DNA of 50,467 nucleotides from Gammaproteobacteria bacterium. GTDB lineage: Bacteria > Pseudomonadota > Gammaproteobacteria > Eutrophobiales > Eutrophobiaceae. The notes under the pieces were generated by a model. It was given only the letters and a program-made list of their open reading frames with translations. It made no database searches and was not told where the DNA came from. The position numbers and the translations under genes were made by a program. Each line of letters starts with the position of its first letter. Position 1 is the stretch's first letter. The stretch covers positions 1 through 50,467 of the forward strand of contig JBLHKL010000001.1 of the NCBI GenBank assembly GCA_047618295.1. The letters run 5' to 3'. Positions 44,501 to 50,467 of this stretch are shown piece by piece.

Positions 44501-46186
44501 TTTTAAGCCCGTAAGTTTTTCAAGCTCGTCGTAGATGTCGACGAGAATGCCAGAAAGACTTCCATCTTCGGCGACAACAATAAGGGGTTCAATATTTGGT
44601 GTGAATCCAAGTGTTATTTCCCCATATTTCTTAAGCCAGATTTTTTCTTCTTCAGTAAGCACTATCCGCTTAATACCAAGTTTACGACGTTCGGGATATA
44701 CCCATTTATTGAAGATGTTTGTTTTTATATTCTCAGGAGTTGCTTTTAACTCTTTATTCAAAATGGATACAAACTCAGGCCAATCCTTTCTTACTCCAAT
44801 ACTGCCTTTGCCTCCTCCCCAAGGTAAAACAGTTTTTATTTCAAGATCGAATATCTCATTGCGATTTATCAGATCAACGGAAGCCGCATGTAAAAACACG
44901 GTTACGTCGGCCTTGCCTTCAGTAACCTGAAGCAGTGCTTCGAATGGAGTTTCAGCGGATGAATAATTTAAATCTGGATGTCTTCTGAGTAAGGCATCAT
45001 TAGCCTCAAAATCTTTAAGGAGAACAACTCTTTTGCCAGAAAGGTCAGACTCGGTTTTAATGGTGGTGTCTCCTCTACGCGCTACAATGGCATAACTATA
45101 GCGAAGGAAGTCATCAGAAAATTGCATAAATTCTTCATGCTCAGGAAACGGGCTTAGAGAAGGGATGACATCAACTTCTTTATTGGCGAGCATGTCTAAA
45201 ATTTCTTTTTGGCTTCCAGCGTTAACTACTTCTATGCGTATATCCAGATCTTTTTGAAAGAGCTTAAAAAAGTCAGCGGCTAAGCCGGAAAATTTCCCAT
45301 TGCCATCGAAGAAATGATACGGAGGGTTATCTGTCATTAGGGCCAGACGAATTACCGGGTGCTTTTTAATCCAGGCATGTTCATCATGGGTGAGTCCGAT
45401 CAATTTCTCTCCACTAAACCATCGATCATAGAGGCGGTAGTAAATTGAGGATTTGTCTCTTTTTAATCGCCAGACGCGGTTGCTAATGGTTTTAGATATA
45501 TCCTTGTGTCGACCTATTGGAAAGGCCAGTGTGCTGAGGGTTGGAGCGAATTCAATCGGCACCAATTTAGCGTCAAAGTGTTTGGCATGACGCAATGCAT
45601 AGATATTGCTACTTATACTGGCTAATACTTCTCCTGATTCTATTAATTTGAAGGCTTCCGCATAGGTATCCACTTCAAGGAAGATAGGATGCACACCTAC
45701 GTGTAAGCAGTGCTGCTTGAAGTCTTCGGCAATTTTATCATTTTTAAGCACAGCGACAGGTTTGCTGTCTAGGTCAGTAATGTCATTAATGTTTGATTCA
45801 GAGAGGGCAGAGACCGCGCCCCAAGTAGAAAAAAATTCAACATCACCGAAGTCCAGGAACTTGTCACGTTTTTCGGTATAGGCAATCCCCATGAGAAGAT
45901 CAATTTCTCCCATACGAGTTTTATCAAGCAAAACAGACCATTCGTCAAAGACATACTCAAGTGACCAGCCTTCCTGAGCGGCGACATCATTGAGCATTTC
46001 TATGTCAAAACCTCTGGGAATTCCCTTGTCATCCATAAAGACAAAGGGAGGATTGTCGTAGATGCCTACTTTGAGTGGCAGTTGACCCGGTGTAAAACAG
46101 ATAGCAGGCACGAAGGTAAGCAACAGCAAGACAACTAAGTATTGAAAAAATGACGCAACACTAAAAGAGGATAGGCGATATATCAA
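41579..46186 (-). CDS. Hybrid sensor histidine kinase with four tandem periplasmic solute-binding (PBP3/Venus-flytrap) modules, HisKA, HATPase, REC and a C-terminal helical domain
   Basis: Four repeats of the SBP_bac_3 entry motif (KVGIYDNPPFVF; RLALMTDNPPYHFF; TLGFTPNIEPLIVV; PVQVGDYPPFHFL). TM helix ALVFLIILAVVLAWV. H-box SHELRTPLN. N/G boxes (LLGNAVKFT, DTGPGI, GTGLGLAI). REC (ILVVEDS...WMDMRMPVMDG). TTG start behind GGAGGGGGGG. Confidence 0.88.
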   Translation of the reverse strand: MIYRLSSFSVASFFQYLVVLLLLTFVPAICFTPGQLPLKVGIYDNPPFVFMDDKGIPRGFDIEMLNDVAAQEGWSLEYVFDEWSVLLDKTRMGEIDLLMGIAYTEKRDKFLDFGDVEFFSTWGAVSALSESNINDITDLDSKPVAVLKNDKIAEDFKQHCLHVGVHPIFLEVDTYAEAFKLIESGEVLASISSNIYALRHAKHFDAKLVPIEFAPTLSTLAFPIGRHKDISKTISNRVWRLKRDKSSIYYRLYDRWFSGEKLIGLTHDEHAWIKKHPVIRLALMTDNPPYHFFDGNGKFSGLAADFFKLFQKDLDIRIEVVNAGSQKEILDMLANKEVDVIPSLSPFPEHEEFMQFSDDFLRYSYAIVARRGDTTIKTESDLSGKRVVLLKDFEANDALLRRHPDLNYSSAETPFEALLQVTEGKADVTVFLHAASVDLINRNEIFDLEIKTVLPWGGGKGSIGVRKDWPEFVSILNKELKATPENIKTNIFNKWVYPERRKLGIKRIVLTEEEKIWLKKYGEITLGFTPNIEPLIVVAEDGSLSGILVDIYDELEKLTGLKINIKSDSWPSTIEKAKQGKINGLLASPPALAESIGLPYSTAIVKGTPAIFARTDAPFEINSTDDLIGKRIAVHKGIDVIEKTLAQYKDQIEIIETGSAQEMMTLVLRGRADIAFGLSYHNYLIGKHFLVDIEPVYFLKQYSAVGVASISSKSSEVVSIMNKALAAIDQAKVNATVSTWTRLNDKEKNAPVVLTAKDKAWLESYPNLAPLAFRIRQQVQLSAQEHKWLSSRLRVPVQVGDYPPFHFLADEMPQGISIDYVRVMCMAHDLECDFAQGLTTSESIDSMQSPGGIAIQPGWQRNAEREQLASFTQSYIASPFVIFQRQHSDRILHMEDLLGKRVVVERNYAIHDLLKKRFPDLELIETDFTTDALKTLAAGQADAYVSNLMAGHYLSLELGLPNIVVAAPAPFEPNNLSIAVRKDWPELASIIDKSIIAMTAEEHKNIRNRWMTVDFQQKTDYELVWKTALVFLIILAVVLAWVQVMRRQTAALSESEARLRKARDDADAANRAKSTFLANMSHELRTPLNAILGFSEMLSRDAEITGNKKEKITIINHSGEHLLEMINDVLDLSKIEAGRVELEPQAFELPQMLQDIGLMFQARAENAGLRFYLDRDPSLAPYITSDISKLRQILFNLLGNAVKFTTEGSITLRASTQALKGNTSMITLHLEVQDTGPGIAPEQMERIFEPFVQAKRFKTNTKGTGLGLAIIESFVELLDGEISAESEIGKGSLFHVNIPVALAEAAEVVDLKAFRRTVIGLESGQPAWRILVVEDSAENRLLLSSILHQAGFETREAENGKEAVTLFQEWQPHFIWMDMRMPVMDGYKATATIRELPGGDAVKIVAITASAFKEQRKNIIEAGCDDVVHKPVQSFEIFESMAQQLGARYIYEAQNQATLAETAILTAEMIAGLPAHLREALRRPAQYLDASATNQVVERIRSNHPETADGLQLLVEEFSFDQIMKLLNESDRIHH

Positions 46187-46409
46187 AATGCCCCCCCTCC
46201 TGACAGCAGGTCTGCAATCATTGATATTTGAACGATTGATCTCATTACATTACTAATGCCTATATAAATGGAATATTGTCTCGATGAATTATTCCTGCGT
46301 CGACACCAAACAAGTACCAAAATAAAACGTATTATCTAGAGTATATCGCCAATCTGAATTTGAAGCGAAGTAGTTTAAAGGCTGTAGAAAAGGTATTTTT
46401 GAGCACGAA

Positions 46410-47114
46410 TTATTGTTTAGCAATTAAATATAGTTCATCTTGCGTTATTGAGCCGTTGTGCAGTGCGGTAGCAAGTAATACTCCTTTAACTCCCATTTTA
46501 TTCAATTGGTAAAGGTCTTTCAGATTTTGTACTCCTCCCGCAGCAAAGATATTGTGATCACTATCATGCTTTAAAATTTTATTCAGGCACGCTACATCAA
46601 CTCCTTTACTTAAACCGACTCGGTGTAGCATCATGACAATAATTTGTTTGGGCCATAGACGTGTTTCATCGAGTAAATAAGAATTCTCCAGTAAACCGGT
46701 TTCACTAAAATCAAGAGATAATAGAATATCTGAATTTTTATTTAAAATTTCAGACATTGAATCGAGTGGCATTTTATTTTCTGAGCCTAAGACTAGTTTT
46801 ACATTATTACTTCTATAATAACTCTCATCATCCAGTACGGCCTCGATACCTGCATCTACCCATAACTGACATTGGTCATATGTTAATGAGAGTTCTTTGA
46901 TTATTGCACTCTGATTACCAGCTCCTTGAATAGCATCAAGATCAGCAATATAAATTATCTTGAAAGGGTATAATTCGAGAAATGCAGACAGGACAGATTC
47001 TGGTTTAGAGCTTGAAGATATAACTGAAGTAACTGGTTGATAGTGTTTTCTATCACCTCGTTTTGCATGCACAACCAAACCGCGACTTAGATCAAGAACT
47101 GGAATTATTAACAT
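46410..47114 (-). CDS. HisA/HisF-family TIM-barrel protein associated with H4MPT/methanofuran cofactor gene clusters
   Basis: N-terminus MLIIPVLDLSRGLVVHAKRG and YIADLDAI.G blocks are HisA/HisF-like. Neighbourhood of H4MPT-linked genes. Exact reaction unknown. Confidence 0.65.
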   Translation of the reverse strand: MLIIPVLDLSRGLVVHAKRGDRKHYQPVTSVISSSSKPESVLSAFLELYPFKIIYIADLDAIQGAGNQSAIIKELSLTYDQCQLWVDAGIEAVLDDESYYRSNNVKLVLGSENKMPLDSMSEILNKNSDILLSLDFSETGLLENSYLLDETRLWPKQIIVMMLHRVGLSKGVDVACLNKILKHDSDHNIFAAGGVQNLKDLYQLNKMGVKGVLLATALHNGSITQDELYLIAKQ

Positions 47115-47121
47115 AATAAAG

Positions 47122-48099
47122 ATGCGTCATTTTTTACATGAGTTTATCACAGGAGGTGGACTGTCTGGACAAGCCCTACCAGAAACTTTAATCAGGGAAG
47201 GCGAGATCATGATACAAACATTATTATTTGAGTTAATTGAGGCTGGGTATTCTGATATAGCCTTAACCAGAGATAAAAGACTTGACTCATGCGAACATAA
47301 AGTTAAGCAGTATATTGTTCGGGAATCGCTTGAAGAAGAACTCCCTGAGTACATTAGTAAGTCTGATGTTGCGTGGTTAATTGCCCCTGAGACGGGTGAT
47401 TGTTTAGCCAGACTTGCAGAACTATTTATTAGGAAGGGAAATATTTTTGTAGGCTCAAGTCCAGATGCTATCAGGGTTGCTTCAAGTAAATTACTAACTT
47501 GCAGGATGCTTGCAGAGGCAAATGTTAAGATTGTTAATACCAGAGCTTTAGATGATGAAATTCCTGCTAGTGAAACAGGTTGGATCATAAAACCAAATGA
47601 TGGTGTTGGTGGAGAATCTTGTTATTTTATTAAAGATAAAAAAAGGTTGGCTGAAATTACTGCAGAAAAGAAAAACAACAACTTTGTGATACAACCTTTT
47701 ATCAATGGACGACATATGAGTATGTCGTTACTGGTCTTTGATGATGCTGTTCGGTTGCTGGGATGTAATGAGCAACATGTCAATATTAAAGATGAGGATG
47801 TCAGTTTGTCTGCAATCGGGGTAAATGAATGTTTGTTTTTAAGAGATAAAATGATGTGCTTAGCAACTAAAATAGTTTCAAAAATATCGGGTTTTGCCGG
47901 TTATATCGGCGTTGATATGATCGAGGTAAATAGTGAATTGTATGTGCTGGAGATTAATCCACGATTTACAACTGCCTATGCAGGTTTATCTGAATCATTA
48001 GGTATTAATATCACTAAAAAAATATTAGATACATTTCTGAAAAAAACATTACCAGAGATTGACCTAACGGTAGCAGTACCGATTAGAATAACTATTTAA
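47122..48099 (+). CDS. ATP-grasp protein, candidate MfnD-like (tyramine-L-glutamate ligase type) methanofuran/methylofuran biosynthesis enzyme
   Basis: FLHEFITGGGL N-terminus, IIKPNDGVGGE, IQPFI.G, GYIGVDMI......YVLEINPR ATP-grasp blocks. Cluster context. The MfnD assignment is an inference. Confidence 0.6.
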   Translation: MRHFLHEFITGGGLSGQALPETLIREGEIMIQTLLFELIEAGYSDIALTRDKRLDSCEHKVKQYIVRESLEEELPEYISKSDVAWLIAPETGDCLARLAELFIRKGNIFVGSSPDAIRVASSKLLTCRMLAEANVKIVNTRALDDEIPASETGWIIKPNDGVGGESCYFIKDKKRLAEITAEKKNNNFVIQPFINGRHMSMSLLVFDDAVRLLGCNEQHVNIKDEDVSLSAIGVNECLFLRDKMMCLATKIVSKISGFAGYIGVDMIEVNSELYVLEINPRFTTAYAGLSESLGINITKKILDTFLKKTLPEIDLTVAVPIRITI

Positions 48100-48106
48100 T
48101 AATTAT

Positions 48107-49153
48107 ATGAAAGTTTCAAATTACATAGGTTGGGATGTTGGTGGTGCACATCTTAAAGTTGCCTGTATCAGTGCTTCTGGAAGAGTGGGGTTAGTAGAAC
48201 AAATTGCTACGCCACTTTGGCAAGGATTAGATCAGCTTGAAATTGCCTTTCCTAAAACAATGGAGAGATTGCCTGATGGCGCACTATCACATGCATTAAC
48301 CATAACTGCAGAGTTGGTTGATATATTTAACGATAGAGAATCAGGGATGAAGACACTAATGAATCTATGTGAAAAAACACTAGGGAGTAACATAAGTCTG
48401 TATGCAACAGATGGAGGAATATTGAGTTTAAGTAGCGCTCACAAAAAAATCAATCAACTTGCGTCGTCAAATTGGCATGCAAGTGCGACTTATGTAGCGT
48501 CATTGCTTGAGTCAGGTCTATTTGTAGATATTGGAAGTACGACGACAGACATTATCCCGTTTTCTAATAAACTTGTCACCGCCCGTGGAGACGATGACCA
48601 AAGTCGATTGCGTTTTGACGAGATGATCTATACGGGTGTCGTTAGGACACCATTAATGACATTAACGAAACAAGTTCCTTTTGCCGGTGAATGGCAAAAT
48701 TTAGCAGCAGAATATTTTTCAAATACAGCGGATGTGTATAGAGTTTTAGGATCGCTCGAAGAGGGTGATGACTTGATGGATACGGCAGATGGCGGAGATA
48801 AAGATATTGTAAGTAGCATTAGGCGCCTTGCCAGAATGTTGGGTACGGACTCAAGTAGTTTTGAAATAAGTGATAATAGTTGGAATAACCTAGCGCAGTA
48901 TTTTGAAGAAGCGCAGATACAGTTACTTACAAAAGCCGTGCTTAGAGTGTTATCAAATAACGATACTAGAAATCAAAAAATAGTGGGTGCGGGCGTTGGT
49001 CATTTTCTAGCAAAGAAGATCGCGCAACGACTAAATATTCCTTATTTAGAATTTAGTGAATTGTGCGATAGTGATCCAGAGTTGTCGCATAAATGTAATG
49101 CCTGTGCACCAGCTGTTGCGTTGGCGCAATTAAACAGACTCTCTGCAGCATGA
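48107..49153 (+). CDS. H4MPT-linked C1 transfer pathway protein (hydantoinase-A/ASKHA-like fold; possibly MfnF-like)
   Basis: N-terminal GWDVGGAHLKVA and DIGSTTTDIIP phosphate-binding motifs of the ASKHA/hydantoinase A fold. Conserved neighbour of H4MPT genes in methylotrophs. Confidence 0.65.
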   Translation: MKVSNYIGWDVGGAHLKVACISASGRVGLVEQIATPLWQGLDQLEIAFPKTMERLPDGALSHALTITAELVDIFNDRESGMKTLMNLCEKTLGSNISLYATDGGILSLSSAHKKINQLASSNWHASATYVASLLESGLFVDIGSTTTDIIPFSNKLVTARGDDDQSRLRFDEMIYTGVVRTPLMTLTKQVPFAGEWQNLAAEYFSNTADVYRVLGSLEEGDDLMDTADGGDKDIVSSIRRLARMLGTDSSSFEISDNSWNNLAQYFEEAQIQLLTKAVLRVLSNNDTRNQKIVGAGVGHFLAKKIAQRLNIPYLEFSELCDSDPELSHKCNACAPAVALAQLNRLSAA

Positions 49154-50467
49154 TGAAAGTTTCCGAATTACCTTATCAACGAAATGCAGCAGAATTGTTT
49201 TCTCTGGTCGCAGATGAACCCTGGAGCATGTTTTTTGATAGTGGCTATCCCAAGATTGATATGGGACGTTACGATATTATTGTTTCGCGTCCTGCGATCA
49301 CGCTTGAAACGTATGGCGATATTACGTACATCAATGACAATGGTAAGGAGAAAACTTCTGCTGAAGATCCCTTGCAACTCTTAGAACACTATCTTGGTGA
49401 AAAAGGTAACAATCTGAGTGGACTACCGTTTTGTGGCGGTGCAGTTGGGTATTTAGCTTATGATCTGGGTCGAAGGCTAGAAGCATTACCCGAAACATCA
49501 AAACAGGATATCAATATGCCAGAAATGGCTGTGGGTATTTATGATTGGTCTTTGATTATAGATCACCATTTGCGACGCGTATGGTTAGCCAGTTTTTGTC
49601 GTTATGATAAAACAGAATCACAATGGCAAGAATTACAGGATTTATTTTCAACGCCAGCTAATGATAATGTAAAAGGATATCGTATAACTTCTGACGTTAA
49701 ATCTAATTTAACAAGAGAACAATATGGTCTGGCATTTGATAAAGTAAAAAAATATATACGCGATGGTGATTGTTATCAGGTGAATTTATCACAACGATTT
49801 TCTGCCGATTTTGAAGGCAATAGTTGGTCAGCGTATTTAAAGTTGCGCGATGTTAATCCAGCCCCCTATGCTGCTTATCTTAATCTACCCTCTGGTGCAG
49901 TGTTAAGTTCATCACCAGAACGTTTCTTACGGGTGACAGATAATCAAGTTGAAACTAAACCGATAAAAGGCACAAAGCACCGTTCTGTGTTTGCTTATGA
50001 AGACAAAGCGCTAGCCGTGTGTTTACTTGAAAGCGAAAAAGATCGTGCTGAAAACTTAATGATTGTTGATTTGTTAAGAAATGATATTAGTAAAGTTTGT
50101 GAATCAGGCTCTGTTGTTGTCCCGAAATTATTTGCGTTGGAGACCTATGCAACAGTTCATCATCTTGTCAGTACTATTACCGGGCGCTTAGCCGAGGATA
50201 AAAATTCAATAGATTTAATACGTGGATGTTTCCCCGGCGGCTCGATAACGGGAGCGCCCAAATACAGATCGATGGAAATTATTGAAGAACTGGAGCCACA
50301 TCGCCGTTCGATATATTGCGGTTCTATTTTTTACCTTGGGTTCGATGGAAACATGGATAGTAATATCTGTATAAGAACCTTGATTAAACATAATGCTCAG
50401 CTTTATTTTAATGCTGGTGGTGGAATTGTTTGGGATTCTGATGTTGATGCCGAATATAAAGAGTGTT
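49150..50467 (+). CDS. pabB: Aminodeoxychorismate synthase component I (5' part; runs off the right edge)
   Basis: Hand translation from the ATG at 49150 (overlapping the upstream TGA) is open to the window end. It shows CYQVNLSQRF, SSSPERFL, ETKPIKGT (the Lys that distinguishes PabB from TrpE), EKDRAENLMIVDLLRND, GCFPGGSITGAPK, RR.IYCGSI. Not in the ORF track because no stop is reached. Confidence 0.85.
   Translation, partial: MMKVSELPYQRNAAELFSLVADEPWSMFFDSGYPKIDMGRYDIIVSRPAITLETYGDITYINDNGKEKTSAEDPLQLLEHYLGEKGNNLSGLPFCGGAVGYLAYDLGRRLEALPETSKQDINMPEMAVGIYDWSLIIDHHLRRVWLASFCRYDKTESQWQELQDLFSTPANDNVKGYRITSDVKSNLTREQYGLAFDKVKKYIRDGDCYQVNLSQRFSADFEGNSWSAYLKLRDVNPAPYAAYLNLPSGAVLSSSPERFLRVTDNQVETKPIKGTKHRSVFAYEDKALAVCLLESEKDRAENLMIVDLLRNDISKVCESGSVVVPKLFALETYATVHHLVSTITGRLAEDKNSIDLIRGCFPGGSITGAPKYRSMEIIEELEPHRRSIYCGSIFYLGFDGNMDSNICIRTLIKHNAQLYFNAGGGIVWDSDVDAEYKEC

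Noticed and set aside
44535-44930. 131-aa (and nested 68-aa) plus-strand ORFs, plus other 60-120 aa ORFs inside the kinase, fwdB, fdhA, mch and xoxF genes
   Set aside because: All are antisense or out-of-frame overlaps of long, motif-supported genes. They have no RBS, signal or family features.
47127-47588. 153-aa ORF on the minus strand
   Set aside because: Antisense to the N-terminal half of the ATP-grasp gene, whose family motifs are clear. It is Ser/Leu-rich shadow-frame translation.
1-50467. tRNA, rRNA, CRISPR arrays, IS elements, prophage or defence-system genes
   Set aside because: Scanning the intergenic regions longer than 150 bp found no cloverleaf-compatible sequence or T-loop GTTCGAATC-like motif, no regularly spaced repeats, and no transposase or phage-like ORFs. 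An RNA covariance scan would be needed to exclude small RNAs.

Overview
AT-rich proteobacterial (gamma- or beta-) chromosome segment from a methylotroph or methanotroph; I cannot place it more precisely by eye. Left part (1-11.4 kb) is housekeeping: 5-formyl-THF cyclo-ligase, rpsP-rimM-trmD-rplS, xerD, an orphan GspE/PilB-type ATPase, dsbC, a DUF3108-like protein, and the LPS core genes hldE-hldD-waaA. The rest (12.4-50.5 kb) is a dense C1-oxidation region. It starts with a lanthanide-type PQQ methanol dehydrogenase (xoxF, DYD signature), a strong terminator, then pseudoazurin-xoxJ-unknown secreted protein. A 16.7 kb run of minus-strand genes follows: two-subunit NAD-type formate dehydrogenase, a canonical fhcBADC cluster, a 7Fe ferredoxin plus FprA-type ferredoxin-NADP reductase, and a second, diverged fwdD-fwdB / fwdA-ftr-fwdC cluster. 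After that come H4MPT pathway and cofactor genes (mptG, mtdB, ATP-grasp, mch, RimK-like ligase, CitG-like, fae), a 1535-aa hybrid sensor kinase with four tandem periplasmic binding modules plus a REC-PAS regulator, three more cofactor-cluster genes and a 3'-truncated pabB. No rRNA, tRNA, CRISPR array or IS element was recognised. Main lead: the second Fwd-like cluster keeps FwdD and the Cys-His/Arg pterin active-site residues in FwdB, which the neighbouring canonical FhcB has lost, and it sits directly upstream of the ferredoxin/FprA pair. This suggests a redox-active bacterial formylmethanofuran dehydrogenase with a ferredoxin-to-NADP(H) electron route, running alongside the hydrolytic Fhc + FDH route. 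Second lead: a cupredoxin (pseudoazurin) sits where the xoxG cytochrome is normally found. All calls rest on by-eye motif and family recognition; no searches were run.
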